From Malacoraja senta (lineage: Eukaryota), in NCBI GenBank assembly GCA_038087875.1, contig CM075978.1:179986001-180050000 (forward strand): a stretch of DNA of 64,000 nucleotides. The letters run 5' to 3'. The translations under genes were made by a program, and so were the position numbers. The notes beneath the pieces were generated by a model that saw only the letters and a list, made by a program, of their open reading frames with translations, did not search any database and was not told the origin of the DNA. Positions 49,504 through 60,359 of this stretch are shown in pieces; within the stretch, counting starts at the first letter, position 1, and every line of letters begins with the position of its first letter.

Positions 49504-52500
49504 GTACTTGAACGATCTCATATAGACTTATCTAAATGCCGAAATATCCAAAACTATTCCTGGCTTAACTGATGAAATCTATTTGTTCTATTTGTCTGTT
49601 AGTTTTGTTTTTCATGCCAATGTATTATCAAAAGAGTTGGTTCTACGTTGAATATAATTAACCAAATCTTAAACGTTTTTCCAACAGCTGCTGAAGAAAC
49701 TGCGATCCACGTTACCCAAATTCCAGAACGAAAGGTTATATTGAAGGGAGCAAACGTCACCTTTCACTGCATAATCCCACTTACGTATGACATTTCGGGA
49801 ATCGAAGTGCGTTGGCGAAAACAGGGGGAGAATGAATATATACAAAGCGACGCTGGTGGCAGAAAGCGATTCAGCGTCAAAAATAGAGCAGGCGGATATT
49901 TTGATTTGCTGAACACGACCTACCAGGATTCGGGAAACTATCGCTGTATAGTAATGCGTCAGGGGGAAATTAGGGGAGAAGGAAGAGGGTCAGAACTAAC
50001 AGTATGTGGTGAGTGACAAAAGTGAGCAGAATACCTGAGAATATTGCACAAGATTTATATTTCTATATTAGAGTTCCGATTTCTGAGAGAGAAGGGCCCA
50101 ATGAAATTATGTGAAAACCCATACAATTTGATGCTCGTTTTAGTGAATGTACAACGTTCAATATTATTATGCCGAAAATATATGTTAAAAATACAGCAAA
50201 TAAGATGTATTTCAAAACAGGTAACAATAGCTTTCAATCAAGAGATCGTCACACCTTCAAATACGATCCAGCATAAATCACTATAAATTGCACCTCCAAA
50301 AGATTCCACGTTTCATGTCATTGAACACTGGTTGAGTTGAAACAGAATTAACTTTCCGCGGCGGTTCTTGCGCTCCGCTGTATGATGTGACAGATATCAA
50401 TAATTCGTTAACTTCTGTCTTGAAGGGACCGGGTAAAATAGGTGGATTTCTAAACAAGCTGGGACTGGCAGAGGTTTGCTTCCTTCTCCTACTGTCTTTG
50501 TTTAATTTCATCCCAGTAATATGATATTTTCGTACTCTGCCCCACAGCCCTTCCAACTCCACTGAAGCTTAACTGGATATCCGAGAGCAATTCATCTGCA
50601 GCTACAACGCTTGTCTGTAAAACGGCTGAGTTTCACCCGGGTGATCTAACCGTTATATGGTATAAAAATAGCGTTGCTGTTACAACTAAGGCTGATACCA
50701 TTAAACAGAAAAATAGTGAAGGGCTGTACACGGCTTCCAGTTCAATACCCATGACGCAGTCGGAGGCCAACGGGAATATTTACATTTGTCTGGTGATGCA
50801 CATCTCCCTCCAAAGACCCGCCATTGCCACGCACGCCCTTCGCAAACCTGACCAAGGTATGACTTGAAACACCGTATAATTTTAAACTTATTATTGAATG
50901 CGTTTCTTGATGTTGACAAAGTCNNNNNNNNNNNNNNNNNNNNNNNNNNNNNNNNNNNNNNNNNNNNNNNNNNNNNNNNNNNNNNNNNNNNNNNNNNNNN
51001 NNNNNNNNNNNNNNNNNNNNNNNNNNNNNNNNNNNNNNNNNNNNNNNNNNNNNNNNNNNNNNNNNTCTATTCTAACGGGTCCCAGAAAAACTCATTATTT
51101 CTGGTAACTCTGGAAGTATGAATATGAGATGGAAGGGATGGTATTTATTTTCCCTCTAAACATTTTGCGTCGTTTGCTCATTCTCCCGAGGCTTCATACT
51201 AAATTTATTGTTTAGTTTACATTGCCGGATTTCGTGACAGATGTCGAGGAACGTTACGTCGTTTCTTTGTTCTGGAGCCTACCCCTAAAATAGTGCATCT
51301 CTTTCATTTCGGAGATTCCAGAATTGAGTTGTCAGGATGTTTCCTTTCCAAGCCATGGGCAATGGGCTCGGAAGCTCCCTCCTTTATTTTACACGGCCTC
51401 ATCCTTTTCACTAATATCGTACTAAATTATGGATTCACAGAAATAATGGCAATGTATATTTATATAACTGGAAGGTACACAAAAATGCTGGAGAAACTCA
51501 GCGGGTGCAGCAGCATCTATGGAGCGAAGGAAATAGGCGACGTTTCGGGCCGAAACCCTTCTTCAGACTGATAGGGGGTGGGGAACAAAAAGGAAAAAAG
51601 GAAAAAGGCGGAGGAGGAGCCCGAGGGCTGGGGGAGGGGAGGAGACAACCAGAGGGCTGATGAAGGGGAGGGGACAGCAAGGGCTAGCAGAATTGGGAGA
51701 ATTCAATGTTCAAGCCCCCAGGATGTAGACTGCCCAAGCGGAATATGAGGTGCATTTCCTCCAATTTACGGTGTTGCTCGCTGTGGCCATGGAGGAGACC
51801 CAGGACAGAGAGGTCAGATACGGAATGGGAGGGGGAGTTGAAGTGCTGAGCCACCGGGAGGTCAGGTTGGTTATCCCCGGATGCTCGAGAAAATGTGTTT
51901 TCCGCCTTCAATAATCGTTGCAATCTCTGTGTGAATGGACAACATATGTGGAACTGTGGCTATGATGGTGGAGTGCGAAATGTGCCTACTTTCATTACCC
52001 TCGCTGATGAAAGTAGCCGGTTTGGTAGTTACTGTCGAACTAATCTTGGCGAGCCCTCTATTTTTATCTGCTTCACACGCACTATCGCGATGCAGGATCT
52101 AATAAACAATAACATAAGCATGGTCTGAAGAAGGGTCGAAACGAAATGAAAGGGTCGAAACGAAGGGTTGACCCGAAACGTCGCCCATTCCTTCTTTCCA
52201 GAGATGCTGCCTGTCCCACTGAGTTACTCCAGCATTTTGTGTCTAACTTCGATTAAAACCAGCATCTGCAGTTCTTTCCTACACAATAAAATGAGCATGA
52301 TGTACTGATCCTTGCTACTGCAGATCAGCGAAGGATATTAAATATAGTGTTTTACTCAATTCAAGCGAATTGTTGGTCAGAGTATGGGGCGCCATAGTTT
52401 ATTCTATTGCCAAGCCAAGTCAAGTAAAAGAAACATTACTCCCTTCCAGCAATACGTATTCACCTGTCTTTAAATAATGCTCAGTACACCGGAGACTGAT

Positions 52501-55500
52501 ACGGTGCAAATTATTCACGGCACGCAAATTACTCAGGTCGCATGTTACATTTTGCCAGAAAAAATAATTACGGATGTCAGAATAAAAAATACTTTAAAAA
52601 TTAAATGCAAATGTGATTATCTTTTTACAGTTATCTCGCGCTATTCCGTGTAGTTATCGTAAGCTTATAAATCAGTTCAGTCACAAGTAATTCAAATAAC
52701 TATTCTTTTAACGTATCAAAAGTACCCAAAGTGGAATTCATTATTTTTCCTCATCTTTCAGAACTCGATAACAAATATTTCTATATCTGGGCTTCTGGAA
52801 GCGCGGTCGGTGGAATCGGCATTTTGGTGTTTGTATTTATCATTGTCCTGAGGTGCCGTTCGACAAATAAAAGCAAGTATTATGCTCACCGATGTGTTTT
52901 CTGAGAACCTAGACAACACCGCAGATAATGAATACAATTTCTAAATGATAGAGCTGCTATGCAATTTTGCAGGAATTCGAATTGCACCGGACATGACCGG
53001 TAATTCAGTATTTATAATTTAATAGTGATCACAGAAGAAATAAATATAAATATTATTCTGCTTATTTGCAAGAGTATGTTTCAATTTTACATATGGAAAA
53101 GCGAAATCTAGATACATTTCAGGTGCAACTGGTTTGAGCAGGATGGTATTAGTGCCCAGTCGAGAGGAAATAGCGGATGCTTGGCGGGCTCACATTTTTA
53201 ACTTAAATATGATATGTCAAAATAATTTCCAACCACAAATGCAAACTTTATGCTGTTCATTAAGGAATTGTAGAGAACTATCCTCATTTGCTACACATGA
53301 AAATCCAATTCTCACCATGATCTCTTATTGATAAACTTTCTAACATTGTTTCAAAACTTCCCATTTGGTTGAATCTGCAAGAGTCCTCCAATTACCCACC
53401 TCCCCCCGCCACAGTTCATTCAAAACTTTTCTCGATACGATAAGGAACGACACATTATAGACAAGGGCAATCGCAATCGCAATCGAAGTCAAAGGGGATA
53501 GTATTTAGACGCAGCAGTGTGAAGCGTTGTGAACACCTTTTTTCGAAAAGATATTTGAAGTAAAATCTCATGTGACGGATGCAGTATAGATCTCAATGTA
53601 ATCGTTGGATTATGACATGCTGAATAACACGTTAATGTTGCTTAGATATATAATCTTGTAGTTTTATCTGATTTAAAATAAATAATGTAGTAATCGCACA
53701 AAAATATCGTTGAATATTAAGAAACGTGGAAACTAGAGGGAGACAGAAAGGCCTGGATAGAGGGGATGTGTAGAGGATGTATCCACTTGTGGGAGAGTCT
53801 AGGACCAGAGACCATAGCCTCGGACTAAAATGACGTACATTTAGAAAGAAAGGGAGGAGGAATTTCTGCAGTCAGGATGGTGAATCCGTGGAAGTCATTG
53901 CCACAGAAGACTATGAAGGCCAAGTGAATGGATATGTTTAATGGCGGAGAGTGATAGATTCTTGATTAGTACGGGTGTCAAAGGTTATGGGGAGAAAGCA
54001 GGAGAATGGGGTTGAGAGGGAAAGACAGGTTAGCCATAATTGAATGGCGGAGTAGACTTGATCGGGCGAATGGCTTAATTCTGCTCTTATAATGTATTAA
54101 TATATGAACAGTAAACGCTGCATTTGCGTGTGACAGTTGCATTCTGCATTTGAAGTAAGATAACGTTTCTCACTTAAATAACGCCTGTCTTAAATAACTC
54201 AATTATTCACGAGTTTATATTAAATTAATCATATCATACTAGAAACATAATATTGTGTTTCCTCTCTCCGTGAAATTCATTGTCCTCGTTAAAGAAAGAA
54301 CGGTTCTTATAATTGCACCAACCCTCAAAGTCTTGCATCGTTTAACGATGTTCTCGGATATGAATTTAACCCGAATTTCAATGAATGAAATCATCCTTTG
54401 ATATTGCTTGATGCTTTGGATGGGCAATTTCATTGAAGAGTCCGCGAAGCTCCAAAAATGCTCTTCGTCACTTTTACAATTCACAATGTTCATGCATATA
54501 CATAATCGAATATATGTGTGACTGTGTGCATTGCCCGTCATTTTTGCTGAATGGATAGCACATTGGCTCCATGGAAGGAAGCAGAGGGTGATAGTGGAAG
54601 GTTTCTTCTCAGAATGGAGGCCAGTGACTAGTGGTGTGCCACAGGGTTCGGTGCTGGGCCCGTTATTGTTTGTCATCTACATCAATGATTTTGGAGAACA
54701 TACAGGGCCAGATTAGCAAGTTTGCTGATGATACAAAAGTTAGCGGTTTTGCAGCAGGATCTGGATCGATTGGAATTTATTCTTGATGGAATTTAATACA
54801 GAGAAGTGTGAGGTGTTACATTTTGGGACGTCGAACAAGGGCATGACATACACGGTAAATGGTAGGCCTCTGGCTAGTGTTGTAGAGCAGAGGGATCTAG
54901 GAGTACAAGTGCATGGTTCCTTGAAGGTCGAGTCACAAGTAGATAAGGTGGTCAAAAAGGCTTTTGCCACTGGCCTTCATCAGTCAGAGTATTGAGTATA
55001 GAAGTTGGGAGGTCATGTTGCAGTTGTATAAGAAGTTGGTGAGACCGCATTTAGAATATTGTATTCAGTTCTTGGCACCATATTATAGAAAAGATATTGT
55101 CAAGCTTGAAAGGGTTCAGAAAAGATTTACGAGGATGTTGCCAGGACTAAAGGGTGTGAGCTATAGGGAGAGGTTAAGCAGTCTGGGTCTCTATTCCATG
55201 GAGCGTAGGAGGATGAGGGGAGATAGAGGTATATAAAATCATGAGAGGAATAGATCGGGTAGATGCACATTCTTTTACCCAGAGTAGGGGAATCGAGCAT
55301 CCGAGGACGTAGGTTCAAGGTGAAGGGGAAAAGATTTAATAGGAATCCCAGGGGTAACTTTTTCACACAGAGGGTGGTGGGTGTATGGAACAAGCTGCCA
55401 GAGGAGGTCATTGAGGCGGGGACTATCCCATCGTTTAAGAAACAGTTGGACAGGTAACTGGATAGGATAGGTTTGGAGGGTTATGGATCAAGCGCAGACA

Positions 55501-57368
55501 AGTGGTAGCTGGAACATTATTGGCCAGTGTGGACGAGTTGGGCCGAAGGGCCTGTTTCCACAGTGTATCACTCTATGACTGTATGACTATTTAATCTCAT
55601 TGCTCATCGCTTTCCCTGCATACAATGATAGTCTCTTGTTTTACTGTTACCATAAAAAAAGTATTAATAGGACACGGGAAAATGTTTTACCGTTATTTAT
55701 AATTTAATTTCATTAACTTTTAGAGCCAAGAAGTACCGGGGGCCATGAAGAATCGGTATGCATTTATGTATATATACATATATATTACATTTGAGAAAAC
55801 GGTTGAAGCATCTATAAATAAAGTTGTAAAACAAGTATTCTGTCAGAACTATTTCGCAAAAGTATCAATCGCTATCGCGGATCTGTTAAATTGGGTTTAA
55901 CATTAATTTGACGGCAGTTGCGACGTTTGTGTAAGTGGTTATAGGAAGAGACAAATTAAATTGATTAATTAATTCCGCATATACGTAAATAATAACTACA
56001 TTCATCGATCCAAGTTACGTTTGAACTCAGTAATTCCACCTAGTGATGCTGAATGACAGTGAAACCCATCAAGTTTAAGTTCAGTAGATAAATTCTACTT
56101 AAAACCCATACAGGTCTTCTAGTTTTAGATTTATAAACTATATCTTTTGTATGTGTTTGGAATTTACTCCATTGCGCTTACTGGCAAATGCGCAAACAAC
56201 GATAATGGCACGTGCAGTCATGTAAATTATTTTCTTTCTGATCCATGCAGGTTGAAGCGAACAACACCCTGACTTATTCTGCTGTAGATATGAGCAATTC
56301 CAAAAGGAAATTGAGACAGAAAAGCGAAGAGGAGACAGCCTATGCACGAGTAAGATTTTGCAGCACATAAAGAAAACATAGAACGCGGCGCAGAAAATAG
56401 GTGTAAAAGAGCCATATCCTAATATCATAAATCATGAGACATAGAGCCCATCGAGTCTGCTCTGTCATTGGATCATGGCTGATTTATTTTTCCCACTCAA
56501 CCTCATTCTGCTGCCATATCTCCGTAATCTTTGACAACCTTACTAATCAAGAATATTGTTAAATCTTTGCTTAGAAAATATCCAATAAATTGTCCGCCAC
56601 TTCCGTCAATGAATCTTCTATCCAAGAATCAAGAGTCAATAATGTTTTATTGTCATATGTCCCACCCAGGCTAGTACCTTGCCTCTAACACCATGAACTC
56701 CTATCTTGTTCAGCAGCTTCATGTGGGTCCTGAAAATCCAAGTAAACGTGGTCCATGGTCTCTCCTTTGTCCATCTCCCCTTAAAACTATGCTGACTTCG
56801 GCCTGTTTGACAATATTTTAAGTACCCCGAAACCTCATCATTCGTAATGTACACTAATATCAGACCAACCACTGAATGTCTGGGATTATAGGCACAAGTG
56901 ACTGCAGATGCTGGAATCCTGTCCAAAAAACCCGAAGCTTTTTGCATCCGAGGAAGGAAAAATCAGGTGCCATTTTAATCCAAAGAAGGGTCGAGATCCA
57001 TCACATAGTTTCTTATTTTTCTTCCACAGATGTTGCCAGGCCTACAGTGTTCGTTCCTCCGGCACGTTGTCTATTTACTCAATATCTGCGTTTGTCCCAA
57101 CGTTGGTAGTGTGGCGCGTCTAAAGTTGTTCCGATGTTTTTGATATCTGACTTGATCCGCAGGCCACAAAGTGGTTCAACAATGACATATTTTGCAACCG
57201 TTGGTTTTTCAGGTAAAACAAGGGGCCGCCCGGGAAGTACTTACATACGCATCTGTGGAATTGTCTCAACCCGGGAATGCTGGTAAAGTTAAAGCCAGGG
57301 ATAAGATCACGGAATATGCAGCGCTGCAGACGGCAAATCCACGAAGAGTAAAAGAAGACGGAAAGTAA
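49458..57368 (+). CDS. Gene B: VJ-C1-TM Ig-superfamily receptor, inhibitory type (SIRPalpha-like tail), 366 aa. Join 49458-49503, 49688-50008, 50548-50856, 52762-52872, 52973-52999, 55724-55755, 56251-56349, 57213-57368
   Basis: Exon lengths 46+321+309+111+27+32+99+156 = 1101 nt give one open frame ending in TAA; all acceptors AG, donors GT except one GC. Confidence 0.85.
49688..50008 (+). CDS. Gene B exon 2, Ig V-set domain with joined J-like strand
   Basis: Same motifs as gene A; 6 nt differences in 321. Confidence 0.95.
50548..50856 (+). CDS. Gene B exon 3, Ig C1-set domain
   Basis: [10 protein letters not shown]...[20 protein letters not shown]...[10 protein letters not shown]...PDQ; 3 nt differences from gene A in 309. 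Confidence 0.93.
50924..51064. other. Assembly gap (141 N) in gene B intron 3
   Basis: Run of N. Confidence 1.
51470..51880 (-). mobile_element. Penelope-like fragment
   Basis: [17 protein letters not shown]...[24 protein letters not shown]. Confidence 0.8.
52762..52872 (+). CDS. Gene B exon 4, uncharged transmembrane [37 protein letters not shown]
   Basis: Acceptor tcatctttcag; GC donor AA|GCAAGTATTATGCT aligns with the gene A donor CT|GTAAGTATTATGCT. Confidence 0.85.
52973..52999 (+). CDS. Gene B exon 5 (27 nt, RIRIAPDMT)
   Basis: Acceptor ttttgcag, donor CG|GTAATT, phase 1 to 1. Confidence 0.7.
53720..54090 (+). mobile_element. CR1 3' fragment in a gene B intron
   Basis: gagtctaggaccagag...ggttatggggagaaagcagg...gaatggc 3' UTR. 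Confidence 0.75.
54530..55590 (+). mobile_element. CR1 3' fragment in a gene B intron (sense)
   Basis: [24 protein letters not shown], (ctatgact) tail. Confidence 0.88.
55724..55755 (+). CDS. Gene B exon 6 (32 nt, [11 protein letters not shown])
   Basis: Acceptor taacttttag, donor CG|GTATGC; supplies the phase 1-to-0 change needed to read the ITIM exons. Confidence 0.7.
56251..56349 (+). CDS. Gene B exon 7, ITIM plus ITSM: [33 protein letters not shown]
   Basis: Acceptor ttctttctgatccatgcag, donor GA|GTAAGA, 99 nt, phase 0 to 0. Confidence 0.85.
57213..57368 (+). CDS. Gene B terminal exon, ITIM plus ITSM-like: [51 protein letters not shown]
   Basis: Acceptor ggtttttcag, phase 0, stop TAA at 57366-57368. 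Confidence 0.85.
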   Translation, partial: VKQGAAREVLTYASVELSQPGNAGKVKARDKITEYAALQTANPRRVKEDGK

Positions 57369-60359
57369 TCAAGGAAATTCTACGATGGCCTGGTAATACT
57401 TTACGGTCCACGATGTAAAGGGTCTTCATTATATACACGTTCACATCCACCTATGTTATAGAAATACCGAAATTGGACATATTACGCAACAATCATATTG
57501 ATCTTTAATTATTCAGATTATCTGTCTGCAATTGATGAATTCTAAAAAATATTCACAATAACTCAGTTATTTAAAACTATTAAAAATATACTAACAGCAT
57601 GCATTAATTGTACGTCATGCTATTTTCCTATATGTTTGTTTATCCGATCTCATAGTTTATACAGAAATATTAAGATATCTTCGGGAACTGAAAGACAATT
57701 AAAAAAAAAAAAAAATCCCTTCAAATCCAGTATATCCCGGCTTCTTTTCTAGCCGATACTTTTGGAGTATTCGTTACAACATTTCCGCTCTTTGGATCTT
57801 TCATGGAATTTCTGAATTCTACTTTAAATGATGGTAGAATGTCATATTTGCACGCAATGTTGGTTGGCTGCCCAATCTTTTCCGGGCCGCATATTCAAAT
57901 TACTTCCGAAGCCCCAAAACTCTGGGATAATCAATTTGCAAAACGGTACTTAGAATCTTCTAAGACTAACAATATTCCGGAGTGCTGCATGCGATTTTAT
58001 TTGTGTGAAAATATAAGCACTATCCGCTTTATATAAACATATGTACATATATATGTAAAGCCCATAGGAAAGAGCGAATAAAATACCACCGCCTGTTACA
58101 TCTGAAGCGGCTAATCGCTTGTCTTTGAACTTGAAATTGCGGAAGGCGACGCAAATCAGCATCTCTTTTTTGTAACTGTCATGGTAGAGTTCTTGTGTAC
58201 GTCACCAAACAGGAGGATCGATACGTTCGTATGTGTTTTACATGCCAGAAGCATTACCACATTAAAATGGCATCATTATTTTTCTCCCTAAATAATTACA
58301 TCTTCCTACAAAGTCTCCAAAGTCATCAGTTTTCCATCTTTTAACGCAAATGCTTAAAATATGAACCAGTTATTTGACTCAAATTCTGAAAATGAAAAGA
58401 ACTTAAAAATTCACACAATCCAACTATTTTGTAGAGCATTTTGCATCACCATTCTATAATTTGTGAGTATGTTAGCTTTGCTCGTATATGTTAATTTTCA
58501 TGGCTCAATGGCCATAATTCAACAATTGTTTATAAACATGTTACGTTTTTGCAAGTTCACATCAAATTTCCGCAACTATTGTATTGAATGACCCTTTTCC
58601 AAATCGCTACATAACCTCAGCCCGCAATTTCTTAAGGTCGTCGCCTATTGTCAACCCACACCTTCGCACCTTTTTCACCTATCTTAATGTAAATTGGAAC
58701 TTTCATGATAGCGTTGGGACGGCAATCGAGATAAACTCAAAGAAAGTCAAAAAGTCAAGATCCATATTCTCCATTCTTTCCCTTCTTACCGAGGCTCGGA
58801 GAATATTGCATATTTTCTACGCAAAAGGTATCACCGCCGATTTGCATCTTCATTTGATCTTCAAAAATAACGTTTTATTTCACATTCCTCTGCCATCTGC
58901 ATCTGCTGCTATCTCTCCGTTCAGGTGTCCCCGCCAATATCTATCTTCGGGATTTCACATGACCTATTTTAGGTTGTCCGATCTCAGTTTCAAATTGTTG
59001 CCATCGTTAAATTTCGAGGTTAATCCCAAAACAATTTATATATTCAGCAAATGAAAGCACTGCCACTAAATGGTCCAGGAAACACCCGCCATGAAATATT
59101 TGGATTCCAAACTGCTTCCCTTCTCTCTGATATTTTTATTTGCACCGTTCTACCCACTCTTGTTATTTGTGAACATATCATTTAACGTTACCTTTGAGCT
59201 GCCTTGGTAAACGCCATTCAGAAATCAGTTATAAACACCTTTATGGTCATCTTTTGAATATTCCTTCAGTCATTTTTTCAGGTATTTTCTAAGTTAAACA
59301 GAACACACTTTGCTGAGCCAACGTTAATGCTCATTGGTCTCGGCAAGCAGTTGGAGTAAAAAATCGAAATAAACAAGATGCAGCAATACGTAATTAAATG
59401 AGTTTAACCTCGTTACATATGATTTTCTATTAACAAAATATATTTCATTCTTTGTAATCAGTTCTGACATTCATGGGCCGTAACCGAAAGGTTAACCAGT
59501 GGAAAAACATGGTTTTGTTAGCTTATTCGCAATATTAACACGCTTCTAAATATAATCGACAATGACGCATTAGTTTCCTGCGCCAGATATAAGCGGTTAA
59601 TGAAGTAGGTACGGTTCTGCAGTTCTTTGCAAATTTAGCAGTTACCTGTCTGAAAATATGTCGTTTGGTGCATAACGGAAGTGCATAGAGCTCATGGATC
59701 AACACGTAACTGTCGCCTCAAAAGTAGATTCTAATCGCTATTTTCCATTGCAATGTTTCCGAAGAAGAGTTTCTATTTTCCCCATCTCCCATATTACATT
59801 GCGTAGGCGTCTTGCTGAAAGAACAATAATAAAGTGATGCTGTATACGTGAATGCATCCACAAATAGCTAGATATCTGTATAATGCTTATTTGGCTGTAT
59901 TCAACCGCAAACTTGTATTTACGAAGTAGTGTGATTACACCTTTCACAGCTACCTAGTGACTTGATATTTACCCCCATCAAACCTACTCCGTGATCTTTA
60001 GCTTAATTTACCACGTGCTTTTTCACCATAAGCCAAAGGACACGATTTGGCAATAAGTTGAAACAGTATTTTTTCTCTTTGGAAAACACGTTCTTAGTGA
60101 ATCAATGCATTGCCGGGGCTCTGCGAACAAGGCAAAAAAACACAATGGAATATGAAGAATAGCACCCTTAGATTTATTAGTGGAAGCAAGCCCATCTCCA
60201 AGTTAAAGGTACAACTATGGGCACTCACACGTGCCCCAGCTGTGCCCGCCTTTTTGTCACTTACGTCAAACAGTTCTTTTTCCAGGTGTGCACTGGCACA
60301 CTCCCCTGTGCAGAACTAATTGATTTCAGATGTGTCGATATTTACTGTTGAATAAAGGT

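Larger units (their letters stand above)
48524..51380. repeat. Arm 2 of the inverted segmental duplication
   Basis: Begins at gggctcacagatattctcgcattccatgac, matching the reverse complement of about 10940-10970; continues across the N gap. Confidence 0.9.

Noticed and set aside
9604-50856. Interpretation as a rearranging TCR or IgL locus
   Set aside because: V and J-like motifs are in one exon ending at a splice donor; no RSS or separate D/J segments were seen; TM and tail do not resemble TCR/Ig.
53123-53145. 23-nt alternative exon for gene B (GATGLSRM, phase 1 to 0)
   Set aside because: Phase-compatible, but the donor (G|GTATTA) is weak; the 32-nt exon at 55724 has better signals. Cannot be excluded without RNA data.
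58584-59054. 156-aa ORF
   Set aside because: TTG start, no recognisable motifs, no splice context; probably chance.
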